Virus record (IMG/VR): IMGVR_UViG_3300045996_002337
Coordinates: 124,001-188,000 of that record
DNA: 64,000 nt
Strand: one strand, 5' to 3'
Shown: positions 7,801 to 17,005 of the stretch, piece by piece
How the letters are laid out: each line of letters begins with the position of its first letter
How positions within the stretch are numbered: position 1 is the first letter of the stretch
Made by a program: the position numbers and the translations under genes
The notes under the pieces: generated by a model
Database searches by the model: none
What the model saw: only the letters and a program-made list of their open reading frames with translations
Told to the model about the DNA's origin: nothing

Positions 7801-10379
7801 ATACCAGCGGTGTTCGTGCTGTTAGGGCCAATTGAAACAGCCGGTCCGGTACTAAGCGGGTCATCACCGTTCGGCTGGTGACGTGCGGCGTGTGTAAACA
7901 GATTAAATCCGTCGATGAGCCCAACGTTTGTGATGTCGTTGCCACCAAGATTCAAGTCTCCGCTCATCCCACGTGAACCATTCACCAGGAGATACTGGAG
8001 GTGATCATCGTCCGCAAGCCCGAGCAAATCGCCATGGTGTGTGGCGCCTTCAGCCCCAGCAGTTACCCCACCGGTCCTAAAGAACATTGGGCGCACGTCA
8101 ATAATTTCTACGAGGCTATCGACCCCTTGCTGAACCACAACGGCTGCGATAAGTGGCGTAGAGTCTGGCGCGACAAGCGGCGTCGGAAGAGGAGCCAAGA
8201 GGGCCGCCTCAAGTGTGGCGTATTCAGCCTGTGCGTGGGCGATGACGTACGTTTGGTATGGACCCTCAGAGGATTGGTAGATCGAGTGCTTTGCGAAATA
8301 ACCAGGGGTCATCGGAACCAAATCGGTTCCGTTGTCAATCGTGTCGTTGGGAATCGTATTTCGAGGAGTGAAAACCGTAACCCCAGCAACTCGATACCCG
8401 TCCTGCAACATAGGAGCGGTTCTTGCGCCTGGATTTCGCACCATGGTGCCATACATCCACTGACCGGCAGTGACGTCAATTGCCCGCGGTGTCGTTGCAT
8501 TTTCTGTAACGATTGATCCACTAACGTAAACAGTTCCGACGGCCTTGCGCAGGTAGTCTTCAACTTTGTTGCCGTACGAGGAAATATCGATAGAAAGATC
8601 GCCGAGCGCATAAACATCGGTTGCATTAGTCGAGCATCTGCCCAAAATAATGTTTGTTAGACCATCTGGTTCAGCAACGGATGTGGAAATTACGCCATTC
8701 TTATTGACAAAAATGTACGATGCCAAGTTTGGCGCAAGTGGGAGCGTCAGTCCATCCCATGCAACGAGAGTAACCTCTCCATCTTTTCTGAGGTAACCCG
8801 AGCCTCCACCCACTGTAACATTCAAGCCCACCGCACCCGACAATCCGCCGCCCGTTAGAATACCCATAGGCGGGGTTTCGATAATGAGGCCAGTAACGTT
8901 GGTGACGGTTCCTGCTCTAGCGCCAAGATAAAAATCACCAGTCTGAACGTACGCGTTATTTGCGGTGTCAGCAACTGCAAACGTGAACCCAGGGGCGACC
9001 GCGGCATTTAACTTTGAACGTGTTGCTGTACCAAAAATAGCGCCCTGAGCGTCGGGGTGTTCGGCGTGCAGGTCCCAAGTGGTGTTGCTATGGAGTGCGA
9101 CGCCAATAAAATCGCCAATTGCGGGCAGTCCTGCATTTTGAATATGGACGCCCGTGTCCCAACCAGAGATTGCTCCAGCCTTCGCATCAACGCGAGCCCC
9201 ATTTCCAAGATTAACGCCAATGCCAGTCGTCGAATCGCCCTCGACGGCGAATGATTGCAGATCAAGAGAAACATTGGGGCCAAAAACGTGGATGCCCTCA
9301 GAAGGATTCGTACCGCTGCCATACACGTAAAAATTTTCTGCGTTGACGTAGGTCGTGAATTCAGTTGACGTAGAATCAATGTTTAGACCGATACCACCTG
9401 CCTGCTCGGTATCGCAGTACTCAAGATAAACGCTCGAGTCAGCTGTCGTAGATGTGATGTCAAAGCCAATCGATGAGCGCTCGATGCAGACCTTGTGAAG
9501 AATTACGCCATACTCACCAGTGTTGTGAAGCTTAACAGCAATCTGATCGGCAGCCGCCGCATCAGTGACGTTAAGGAACGATAGCGTCGAGAATTCTGAA
9601 AGCGTGAAAACTGGATCAACCGCACCATTCGGCTTGACGTACACCGCGTATTCAGTCTTGCCCGCAACGTGAACATATGGCGGGATAGTGATCGCAGGCT
9701 CTACGTATGTTCCTGGACCAACGTCAATAAGCCAGTGACTTTCAGCTGTTGCCACTCCAACCAAGGACGAGCACGCAGCCGCGATAGAACTAAACTGACC
9801 CGGTTTTGGTGTTGAACGAACCTCAATAACGTTTGATTCGCCGCTCAGGCGTGAATCATTATCAAGCACGACCTTCTGCCAGGTTGCACCAATTGGGGTT
9901 TCGAGCGCTGCAGTAGTTGCGTTGAAACGGAGCATCCCAGGGGTTGGCTCGGGACGCTGGGCGGTCGTGCCAGTTGGAATCGTCGTTGCGCCCTGACCTG
10001 GCAGAATGGTGTTTGGTGCAAGACCAAATGTAATTGGGTTCTTGACCCCGCCATCCGCCAACACAATTTCACCCGCAACACCAGTGGCAATTCGATATGT
10101 AGCGCCTGGAGTGTCAGGAAGATTGCCAGTGTCGACAGCGATGAGCGGCAAGGCTTGAGCATCCTGAGCGCTGAAAGCGTCAGTGATTCCATAACCTGCA
10201 AGTGTCGTTGGATTCTCCGCGGAAGTTACGCGCCCCTTTTCATTTACCGTTACCTTCGTGTATGTACCGGCGCCAACGCCCGATGGTGAAAGCTTTTCAT
10301 CGTTAACTGATCCATCTGCAATATCTGCAGTGTCAATTCCCTTATCAAGGATCTGTTTTCCAGGGATCTGTGTTCTCAC
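4896..10379 (-). CDS. Giant (1827 aa) tail/head fibre protein with beta-helix domain and internal repeats
   Basis: PTGTTAQRP motif, beta-helix onset (FSSIAAA..IDVGPGTYVE), several GTYxxVTxD/NxxGRVT...T(T)LAGY repeats, G/T/A-rich. Confidence 0.75.
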   Translation of the reverse strand: MRTQIPGKQILDKGIDTADIADGSVNDEKLSPSGVGAGTYTKVTVNEKGRVTSAENPTTLAGYGITDAFSAQDAQALPLIAVDTGNLPDTPGATYRIATGVAGEIVLADGGVKNPITFGLAPNTILPGQGATTIPTGTTAQRPEPTPGMLRFNATTAALETPIGATWQKVVLDNDSRLSGESNVIEVRSTPKPGQFSSIAAACSSLVGVATAESHWLIDVGPGTYVEPAITIPPYVHVAGKTEYAVYVKPNGAVDPVFTLSEFSTLSFLNVTDAAAADQIAVKLHNTGEYGVILHKVCIERSSIGFDITSTTADSSVYLEYCDTEQAGGIGLNIDSTSTEFTTYVNAENFYVYGSGTNPSEGIHVFGPNVSLDLQSFAVEGDSTTGIGVNLGNGARVDAKAGAISGWDTGVHIQNAGLPAIGDFIGVALHSNTTWDLHAEHPDAQGAIFGTATRSKLNAAVAPGFTFAVADTANNAYVQTGDFYLGARAGTVTNVTGLIIETPPMGILTGGGLSGAVGLNVTVGGGSGYLRKDGEVTLVAWDGLTLPLAPNLASYIFVNKNGVISTSVAEPDGLTNIILGRCSTNATDVYALGDLSIDISSYGNKVEDYLRKAVGTVYVSGSIVTENATTPRAIDVTAGQWMYGTMVRNPGARTAPMLQDGYRVAGVTVFTPRNTIPNDTIDNGTDLVPMTPGYFAKHSIYQSSEGPYQTYVIAHAQAEYATLEAALLAPLPTPLVAPDSTPLIAAVVVQQGVDSLVEIIDVRPMFFRTGGVTAGAEGATHHGDLLGLADDDHLQYLLVNGSRGMSGDLNLGGNDITNVGLIDGFNLFTHAARHQPNGDDPLSTGPAVSIGPNSTNTAGISNNLSRADHTHAVEGLQPASTELTSLAAFAETGFPVRTAPNTWVARSITSDANLAVENGDGVAGNVSIALTTIGTPGTYQSVTTDAFGRVTAGTNEVPHAAIVNAPTTLTGYGITDAQPLNADLTALSGIGSTGFYAVTGAGTSVTRSLVAPAAGVTITNPDGIAGSPTFALANDLAAIEALSTTGIPVRSGADTWAIRTLVAPAAGITITNPAGVGGNITFALAGDLAGVEGLAGTGFAVRTAANTWANRSITTTTLSLTNGAGIAGNVVLDLTSIGGAGTYRSVTTDEYGRVTGGTNPTTLAGYEITDAVSTSQLGAVNGVATLDNTGKLSQAQIPALAISDTFVVASEAAMISLVAEVGDVAVRTDLNKSFILRTSPSANINNWQELLSPTDSVTSVNGMTGVVVLPAGSVTSVAMEAPVAGITVAGSPITTSGTLTLGLANDLAAVEGLTTTGITVRTANDTWTTRAITGGSGITVNNGDGVAGAPTVSLNAVGTSGTYRSVTTDEYGRVTSGTNPTTLAGYGISDAQPLDSDLTALATTTTTGMYAVTGTGASATRTLTAGTGISIANGSGVAGNPTISNTGVTSVGLSLPSIFTVASSPVTTTGTITATLASQTASAVFVAPIAGGTPAFRKLGFGELSNVALTAPAANQLLSFNGTNWVNSAVATGTASGVLNTWTLISGTRYYQDFAHNLGTTNVVITLFDTADNSVVTADSIVLTNANTVRVAVIGNSRTLRIVVIANGLGVVAGGSTPSSVITSKDGVTITTAATRLNFTGAAISVADSGSGVSTVNVGLRRSYSATDLETPQTADWAINATAPVISDPTFSSLTVRQFSNTTEQGIGLLSSIPTGSGAITFRFHGRAQVAQGALSVAAFRLYARQIPNGSAMTAGSAGWAAAKEIGEIAVPANANFLQASFTSTLTAMGLTPGNLYQFEVTRRVTGTTGSNLASSFLLAELTVELT
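5950..7620 (-). repeat. Coding repeats within the fibre gene (LAAVEGL.TTG..VRT..TW.R; GTYRSVTTDEYGRVT.GTNPTTLAGY)
   Basis: Repeats visible in the translation; degenerate at DNA level. Confidence 0.7.
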
Positions 10380-10391
10380 GTTGTTTCCTTA

Positions 10392-11804
10392 TTACGCCTT
10401 GAAGTAGCTCACGCGAATTTTGTCGCCTGGAGTCAACAGGTACAGCGTTGTAATGATCGTTCCACTTACAGTATAGTCATTGCCTGCCCCGGCATCTTGT
10501 AGTACGCCGTTGATAAAGAGCTCAACTGTTCCAGCTCTTGGGGTATGAGCAAGCACAAACGTGTCGTTTACACCATCGATTGCACCGGTAGGAACCTCGC
10601 CTTTTACGATGTCAGCAACGCGGACGACAGTAGCTGGATTTACTGTAACAACACCCGCTTCGTTGATAGTGACGTCACCAGACAAGGCAACAGTTGCATT
10701 TCCACCGGACGTACCAATAAGCAGGCGGCCGGCAGGGATCGTGACTAGCTTTGGAAGCGTGACGCTTGCATTTACCAGCTGAGTAGTCCCAACCGAGTTA
10801 GTTGAAAGCTGGATCTGTCCAGTTCCGGAAACAGTTGCTGCTCCAGAAATGGTCACATACGATGGAGTTCCTGAGTCACCAATTACGATAAGTTGACCAG
10901 TTGTACCACCTGCAAGCTTACTCAAGCCTAGGGTGCCATCGGCAATGCTCGTTGCGTTGACTGCGCCCTCAACGATGCGGGCGACGCCGGCAGAGTCAAT
11001 CGTGATGTCGCCAGAAATCGTTCTCGGGGTTGCAACATTGGCGCCAGAACCAATGAGCACCTGCCCCTCTGGTAGGTCTGAAAGCTTCAATCCGGCTGGA
11101 CCGACTGTAAGAGATGGGCCATCAAGTGTCAATGCAATTGCATCGGACGAGGCAACGATGCCGCCGTTAGAAGAGACCACATTCAACGTATTGCCGGTTT
11201 TCGCCAGACCTGTTCCAGCCAGGACAACACCTGCGGTTGAGAACTGCGCGAATGGAAGTGGTGTGGTGCCCAGAACGGTGGTACCGGTCGAGGTTAGAAC
11301 CCAACCAGTTCCAGCGTTTGCGTTACCCTCTTCAACGAAGGTGAAGAGCCCTGGAGTTACGTCGGCGGCAGTTGTTGCGTCAGGTGAACGGGTCCATCCA
11401 CCGGCAGCTACAATGTAGATACCGTTTTGAACGCTGTTTGATTGGCCAGCTAGAAGGACGCGATCGCCCACATTGAGGGACACCCCGTCAACTGTCTGCG
11501 TGCCAGACATTGGAATGCTCGTTGTGGCGACAGCACGAACAGAGAGCTTTACATCGAGACCCTGCGCCTGCGCGTCAACATATTCCTTAGTGGCGAGATG
11601 CCCGTTTTGACTAGGAGTTACGCCAGAGATTGGAGTCGTGAATGGGACAGAGCCATCAGACTTGATAAGCAGTGAGCCATCCTGAATTTTGGACAGCAGA
11701 ATACCATCCGGGTTTACCGGATCGGGAAGCGAAATTTGGGCGTTGGTAATCGACAGGTCCTGAACCTGTGTGTTACCGCGAATCTTGGTCAGGGCCATGT
11801 CCAC
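10392..11804 (-). CDS. Virion structural/fibre protein
   Basis: HLATKEYVD and SGTQTVDGVSLNVGDRVLL..Q...QNGIY modules; downstream of a late promoter. Confidence 0.65.
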   Translation of the reverse strand: MDMALTKIRGNTQVQDLSITNAQISLPDPVNPDGILLSKIQDGSLLIKSDGSVPFTTPISGVTPSQNGHLATKEYVDAQAQGLDVKLSVRAVATTSIPMSGTQTVDGVSLNVGDRVLLAGQSNSVQNGIYIVAAGGWTRSPDATTAADVTPGLFTFVEEGNANAGTGWVLTSTGTTVLGTTPLPFAQFSTAGVVLAGTGLAKTGNTLNVVSSNGGIVASSDAIALTLDGPSLTVGPAGLKLSDLPEGQVLIGSGANVATPRTISGDITIDSAGVARIVEGAVNATSIADGTLGLSKLAGGTTGQLIVIGDSGTPSYVTISGAATVSGTGQIQLSTNSVGTTQLVNASVTLPKLVTIPAGRLLIGTSGGNATVALSGDVTINEAGVVTVNPATVVRVADIVKGEVPTGAIDGVNDTFVLAHTPRAGTVELFINGVLQDAGAGNDYTVSGTIITTLYLLTPGDKIRVSYFKA

Positions 11805-11836
11805 CTCTTAAGCGTTTGGTGTTAGCAGGATTGCTA

Positions 11837-11844
11837 TATTTATG
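11837..11844 (-). promoter_or_regulatory. T4-type late promoter CATAAATA
   Basis: One mismatch to T4 TATAAATA, upstream of structural genes; identical copies at 13256, 40520, 44276 and 62085. Confidence 0.6.
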
Positions 11845-11867
11845 AGGTATGGCCCCGCGGACGGGTG

Positions 11868-12527
11868 TTATGCTAGAGCGTAATCTACGACAACATTCAA
11901 GCCATCTGCAATTTGTTCAGGAGAAAGTGCAAATTGAAGCTCAAGTGTCGTGGCCCCGGTTTCAATAAAGTCAACACCACGTTTCTGTCTCACTCCACCG
12001 ATGTATACCGCTGTGCTACCGGGCACGAAGGCTGAAGGTGTTTGAACTAAAGTGTGTGTACCATTTGGTTGAACGGATGTTTGAACGGCTGCGTCAACAA
12101 CCGTAGTTGTCCCACCGCCCTCTCCACTGCCATTGGTCTGTAGGAGATAGTCGATGGCTTCCTTAAAATCAGTGAGCAACGGAAAGCCATTGTGCTGATA
12201 TTGGTTACCAAGACGGAGGAGCGATTCGGCAGTGATCCGGTGATCTACAAGGGTGTCGCTTCCGGAGGATGCCGACCAGGCGCGGGCGGATGTTCCCTCT
12301 TGCCCGCGAACAACAGTAAAGGTATCACCAGAGCGGGCCGTAACGTAGACGATTTCCTGTGCGGTGGCAGATTGATCTTCTAACGTTACAACAAAGAATT
12401 CATTTGCCTGTGGGGTAGGAAACTTTTCACCATGACCAGACAGAACGGTGATGACGGTTGCGTCAATGCTTAGCGGAGCCGCAAGAAGCGAGACCGCGTT
12501 ATTGGTGAAAAGTTGCTTCAGCGCCAT
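11868..12527 (-). CDS. Virion structural protein
   Basis: FTNNAVSLLAAPLS...EIVYVTARSGDTFTVVRGQEGT pattern typical of phage structural proteins. Confidence 0.6.
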   Translation of the reverse strand: MALKQLFTNNAVSLLAAPLSIDATVITVLSGHGEKFPTPQANEFFVVTLEDQSATAQEIVYVTARSGDTFTVVRGQEGTSARAWSASSGSDTLVDHRITAESLLRLGNQYQHNGFPLLTDFKEAIDYLLQTNGSGEGGGTTTVVDAAVQTSVQPNGTHTLVQTPSAFVPGSTAVYIGGVRQKRGVDFIETGATTLELQFALSPEQIADGLNVVVDYALA

Positions 12528-12529
12528 TT

Positions 12530-12739
12530 TTAACCTCGCACCTTACCAGAGTGGCTCGAGATTATCTCTAGAAGCGCGGTCTTAGAATGATCGGTGTTTG
12601 CATGAAAATCTGCTTCAAACATTTTTGCGTTTTTCAACGGGACTAGAACCTTGAGTTCTTCAATTCCGTGTTTTACGGTGTAGGTCTGGTATGCGATCTT
12701 CTCTGCAACTGAATCAATTCCGGAAAGGAGTGATTTCAT
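12530..12739 (-). CDS. Hypothetical protein
   Basis: 69 aa coupled ORF. Confidence 0.55.
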   Translation of the reverse strand: MKSLLSGIDSVAEKIAYQTYTVKHGIEELKVLVPLKNAKMFEADFHANTDHSKTALLEIISSHSGKVRG

Positions 12740-13230
12740 CGTGAACCTCTGTAGTCTGCGTAATAAGCCAGGAAGCGATCGCGAGAAAACAGGTCATTCC
12801 CAATATCGCGCTCAAGGTCGATGATTTGATCAAGGCGCACCATTACACGCTCTTGGGTCTCTGGGTCTTCAGCGACTATTTGGAGGCCCTTGGCCAGTTC
12901 GCCGCGCTTGTGCAACTTAAGGCTCTTGACCGTGACATCTTGTGTCACTCCACTAGCGCGCCAGGTAACCTTGTCGTTTTGTTGCGGCAGTTGAAATTTG
13001 CGCTTAAGCGGGCCGAGGGATCTGAAGACCTTCGGTCCGCTCATGAACTCAACCGATTTGCCGTTGATCTTTGCGATGTCAAAGAAGTAAACGGCGTCAG
13101 AGGGCACCGCCGGGGTGTGCTCAACGTAGACCGCTGGACCTTTATCACGATAATTCGTGTAGGACAGAACTTTGAAGGAAACGCCGTCCTTCGTTTCAAT
13201 GGTATCGCCTTTTAGAGGGACTACAAGCAT
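12736..13230 (-). CDS. Hypothetical protein (late promoter at 13256-13263)
   Basis: 164 aa. Confidence 0.6.
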   Translation of the reverse strand: MLVVPLKGDTIETKDGVSFKVLSYTNYRDKGPAVYVEHTPAVPSDAVYFFDIAKINGKSVEFMSGPKVFRSLGPLKRKFQLPQQNDKVTWRASGVTQDVTVKSLKLHKRGELAKGLQIVAEDPETQERVMVRLDQIIDLERDIGNDLFSRDRFLAYYADYRGSR

Positions 13231-13283
13231 GTGTTCACCAATCTGTGTTTCACCTTATTTATGGCAAGGTGGAGCCAGATTGG

Positions 13284-13481
13284 TTAGTTCGCTTCGTCGA
13301 TTTGACCGTCAACGATATCTGCATCATCCTCGATTTCAAGGTCGGCTTCAAGAAGCTCTTCCTCGATTTCGCGCAAGTAATTCTTGAAGGTGACACGGGT
13401 TGCTCGTGCCAGCGGATCATTGCCTTCCTTCAGCTTCTTGTTGCGCTTACCGTACTTACGGTTGTCGATGTGTTCACCCAT
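13284..13481 (-). CDS. Small protein with basic N-terminus and acidic C-terminus
   Basis: MGEHIDNRKYGKRNKK...IEEELLEADLEIEDD. Confidence 0.55.
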   Translation of the reverse strand: MGEHIDNRKYGKRNKKLKEGNDPLARATRVTFKNYLREIEEELLEADLEIEDDADIVDGQIDEAN

Positions 13482-13507
13482 TTTAGTTTCTCTAGTTTCC
13501 AAGCCAA

Positions 13508-14395
13508 TCACGGCAAGTAAATTCGGGCCCACGGTTGGTTACGGTGGATACAGTAGAGCCCGATCATTTCTTCAGTCACATGACCAAAAAACATCATTTG
13601 AAGCGATCTCGTATTGATAAGAGCGACGTTTTTACCAACAAGATAGTTCTCAAACGCGTTCTTCCTCCATCTGTCGATGATCTTTTTCAAGGTTGATGCT
13701 TTATTATCTACAGAGATTTCATGCTCCGCTAGCGTAAATTCAAGCACTTTCTTTAGTCCCTGCTTATCATGTAGTGAAATGAGTGTTTCAGCAGTTTCAG
13801 TTAAGATGGTTTGGGTGGCAGGGTCTAGGAAGACTGGAATGGGCGCCCGAGACACACCCTTAAACTGCTGAGCCAGCTTCTTCAAGTCGAGGTGCGACCA
13901 CTCTTCAATCGTGGTAACACCTGCAGCCCCAGCATTCCACTTGTTCAATGGCTTACCTGTGATTTTTTTGTAGGTTTCATTGAAGTCCTTGACCTCAGCC
14001 ATGAGCTGCGTGACAGCGGGGTCGCCATCCTTGGAGATTTTGAAGTTGTCCAGTGTGTTCGTTTTCTTGGTGTAGTCGCCACCTTTGACCTCTACGAATT
14101 CCTTACCGTTCATCCAAAGGTCAGTATGCGAATTTTTCCCACCGAGGTGGATATTGTCAAAAAGGAAGTACGCGATCATTTCACCGGGGCCCACGCCATC
14201 GGGCCGGTCGTCGCTGATGATCTTAGCCTCTTGCGGAAATGCCGTAACAAATGCGTTGAAGTTCTTTTGAAAGTTTTTGTGCGTAGCCACCGAAAAATAT
14301 GGGGCCGCAGCTTCTAGCGAAAGGCCGGCGATTCGCGCCTGCTCTATTCTGCCCTGTTCTTTGACCTCAAGGAATTGAGGGTTGAACGAGACCAT
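13508..14395 (-). CDS. Putative PD-(D/E)xK nuclease
   Basis: GPGE...GG...TDLWMNGKEFVEVKG matches the E...D-x9-ExK core. Confidence 0.5.
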   Translation of the reverse strand: MVSFNPQFLEVKEQGRIEQARIAGLSLEAAAPYFSVATHKNFQKNFNAFVTAFPQEAKIISDDRPDGVGPGEMIAYFLFDNIHLGGKNSHTDLWMNGKEFVEVKGGDYTKKTNTLDNFKISKDGDPAVTQLMAEVKDFNETYKKITGKPLNKWNAGAAGVTTIEEWSHLDLKKLAQQFKGVSRAPIPVFLDPATQTILTETAETLISLHDKQGLKKVLEFTLAEHEISVDNKASTLKKIIDRWRKNAFENYLVGKNVALINTRSLQMMFFGHVTEEMIGLYCIHRNQPWARIYLP

Positions 14396-14463
14396 TTACT
14401 GTGTCATTTTATTCTCGCGTGTGGTTCACTTGTTGCAGGTTCTCTTTTGGTTATTTTGAGCGC

Positions 14464-14946
14464 TTATTCGGGAAGTTCCCAAAGCGTATGATTGATTGTA
14501 TCAAGGCGGGTGTTGATAATCGCAGAAACGATGGACCAGTCACCGCCACCAAGCCCACATCCAATCAGTGGATAGTGAACATCAAGACCGAACGGTTTTG
14601 CCATTGCGCTGATCTTTGAGAAGCCCTCATCCAAGGCATCATACGAGGTGTAACGCTTCTTGTCGCGTCCAAAGAACTGCTGGCCCACCACGCTAGCAAT
14701 CCACAAATCAGGCGCCACTTGAGTCCAGACGCAAAGCCCCATGTACGGCCGACCCCCGTCACGCTGGGTGTAGGCAGGTCCAATCATATCGATGTAGTCA
14801 CGGTACATCTGGGGGTAGCGGTCTTTAAGCACTTTTGCAACGCCGCCACCCATTACGCCTTGCGCGTTTACTTGATGGACGATGATGCCGCGTTCGACGG
14901 TGAGAATGTCACCCTTGCAGCGATTTTGCATGGTAGAGTCTTTCAA
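14464..14946 (-). CDS. Macro-domain ADP-ribose hydrolase (Poa1p/TARG1/DarG-like)
   Basis: GDIL...IVHQVNAQGVMGGGVAK...YPLIGCGLGGGDW. Confidence 0.85.
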   Translation of the reverse strand: MKDSTMQNRCKGDILTVERGIIVHQVNAQGVMGGGVAKVLKDRYPQMYRDYIDMIGPAYTQRDGGRPYMGLCVWTQVAPDLWIASVVGQQFFGRDKKRYTSYDALDEGFSKISAMAKPFGLDVHYPLIGCGLGGGDWSIVSAIINTRLDTINHTLWELPE

Positions 14947-15406
14947 TGTTCATGGCTAGAGTTGTGTCGTAATAAAGCTTCTCAAGATCTTTCGCAAGCC
15001 GCTGCTCGAGCGTGTAAACGATGATTTCTTTGACAAGCTTTATCAGCTCCTCGCGGGCGTAGACGCTGCTGTCATCGCACTCTTCTTTTGACAGCTGTTG
15101 CCAATGCGAGACAAAGCTAGCCGCGATGTCCTTGGTGGAAACAGATTCTGGGTACAGGGTGTAGAAGTGACCGTTCTCGTAGCGGGTGACGGCGATCTTC
15201 TTCGCTACGTCTTTGTTAAACTTCATTCCATCTTCACAGATGGAAAACGAGACGCGAATTTTGCGGCCTGAGTCATGACCATTCTCGTCCACTGCGTAGC
15301 CCTCGTCCACCACGTAAAAACAAATCCCGCCGGTATCAGGTATGTAGACCTCCTTCCGCTTTTCATCGAAGCGGAAGGAGTGGAAGTAGCGGTAGAAAGA
15401 GTTCAC
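14909..15406 (-). CDS. Hypothetical protein
   Basis: 165 aa coupled ORF. Confidence 0.6.
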   Translation of the reverse strand: MNSFYRYFHSFRFDEKRKEVYIPDTGGICFYVVDEGYAVDENGHDSGRKIRVSFSICEDGMKFNKDVAKKIAVTRYENGHFYTLYPESVSTKDIAASFVSHWQQLSKEECDDSSVYAREELIKLVKEIIVYTLEQRLAKDLEKLYYDTTLAMNIERLYHAKSLQG

Positions 15407-15585
15407 AGGGTATGTTCTTCCAAGAGATGATATAACTCAAGAAGGTGTTTCTCTGTGGCCTTGATTTCATTAAGAATAAGCTGGTGGGCATGTTCTTTTG
15501 CGGCTTCGGCCGAAATGAAGTCACCCTTCCAGGGTGTCCCTTCGTATCTTACTGGCTTTAAATTTTCAACCACCCAATATGCCAT
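15403..15585 (-). CDS. Hypothetical protein
   Basis: 60 aa coupled ORF. Confidence 0.5.
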   Translation of the reverse strand: MAYWVVENLKPVRYEGTPWKGDFISAEAAKEHAHQLILNEIKATEKHLLELYHLLEEHTL

Positions 15586-15587
15586 GA

Positions 15588-16484
15588 TTACACCGCCATA
15601 TCCATCTTGATTGCAGGCTGAGAAACGTAATTTTCCAGTGCGATGTCAGCCATCGTGAACTTTTCGATGTCGTCGATGTCTGGGTTCAACTTCAGAACTG
15701 GGGGCAGTCCGGGGATGCGAAGCAGCTGCTCACGCGCACCGTCAAGGTGGTTGTTGTAGAGGTGCACGTCGCCCAGATTCATGATCAACCGATCCACAGC
15801 TAGGCCAGCTACTTGGGCGAGCATGTGTGTAAACAGCGCATAAGATGCGATGTTAAACGGAAGCCCGAGCATCGTGTCAACCGAACGCTGGTACATTTGG
15901 CATGAAAGCTTGCCCTTTGCGACGAAGAACTGCGCCATCATATGGCAAGGCGGCAATGCCATTTGATCGAGCTCGCCAGGATTCCAAGCGCTGATGATCA
16001 TGCGCCGGTCGGTGTTGTTCGTCTTCAGCTTCTTGACTAGCTCGAGCAGTTGATCAACCTCTTCTTCAAGGTGCCAAACATGTCCGTCTTTGTCTGGAGT
16101 TGCAACATGGCGACCTGTCCACCAATGACGCCATTGAACGCCATACACGCGACCAAGGTCACCATCGAACCGCGCCTTCGGTTTCCAGTAGTCGGCCTGC
16201 GCGTTGCCCGTCCAGATCGTAACTTTTGATGGATCGCGGGAGCCGTGTAGAATCTCTGCCAGCCGCCGCTCATCGCCCGATCCTTCGATAAACCAAAGTA
16301 GTTCAGACGTAACCGCCTTCCATGCCAGTTTCTTGGTGGTCATGGCAGGGAACCCGGCTTTCAGGTCGATGTCGAGGGTACGGCCGAACAGGGCGCGGGT
16401 GCCCACGCCGGTGCGATCGGTGCGATCATCGCCGTTTTCGAGAATATCTCTAACCAGAGACAAATATTGATTTTCCCAGGTCAT
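15588..16484 (-). CDS. thyA: Thymidylate synthase
   Basis: DRTGVGT, MALPPCH, YQRSVD, GLPFNIASY (Asn, dUMP-specific). Confidence 0.97.
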   Translation of the reverse strand: MTWENQYLSLVRDILENGDDRTDRTGVGTRALFGRTLDIDLKAGFPAMTTKKLAWKAVTSELLWFIEGSGDERRLAEILHGSRDPSKVTIWTGNAQADYWKPKARFDGDLGRVYGVQWRHWWTGRHVATPDKDGHVWHLEEEVDQLLELVKKLKTNNTDRRMIISAWNPGELDQMALPPCHMMAQFFVAKGKLSCQMYQRSVDTMLGLPFNIASYALFTHMLAQVAGLAVDRLIMNLGDVHLYNNHLDGAREQLLRIPGLPPVLKLNPDIDDIEKFTMADIALENYVSQPAIKMDMAV

Positions 16485-17005
16485 ACTTTCACCTTAATAT
16501 ATTTTGAATCTACTGAACTTACGAGCCATACGCCATTTTCAGATTTGAAGAAAATGATGCCGTCGGTAAGCATTTGCGCTGCGTCGATTTCAAATACCGC
16601 AACATCGCCACGGCGCCGACCCCCAACATCTCTTGCCTCTTGTTCTTCGGCGGTGAGGTGAACGTAGTGCCGCTTCATTGGCTTAATGCCAGATTTTTTA
16701 ATTCCCTCGGCCGCGTCCTTTGTCGTACCGTGATACAGCGTCGGTGGTGGAATTGCTTTTGCGAAGGTCAGGCGAACTTGGCTGGTGCTGTGCCCCTGAT
16801 TTGCACGAATCTTCTTGCCATCTTCTGATATGGAATATCGCTGCTTTGGGTCTAGTTCAACGATTGACTTCATTTCAGCAATGGTAAATCCTGCACTTTT
16901 GACAAGGTCTTCCATGGAAGCCCAGCCGTCACGATCTAATTTTAGACCTTTAGCTTCAGGACGGTGTCTTAGCAAGAAGGACAGAAATTTTGATCGTTCA
17001 TTCAT
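16481..17005 (-). CDS. kptA: RNA 2'-phosphotransferase (Tpt1/KptA)
   Basis: SKFLSFLLRH, IRANQGHS, LYHGT, RHYVHL, SENGVWL. Confidence 0.95.
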   Translation of the reverse strand: MNERSKFLSFLLRHRPEAKGLKLDRDGWASMEDLVKSAGFTIAEMKSIVELDPKQRYSISEDGKKIRANQGHSTSQVRLTFAKAIPPPTLYHGTTKDAAEGIKKSGIKPMKRHYVHLTAEEQEARDVGGRRRGDVAVFEIDAAQMLTDGIIFFKSENGVWLVSSVDSKYIKVKV

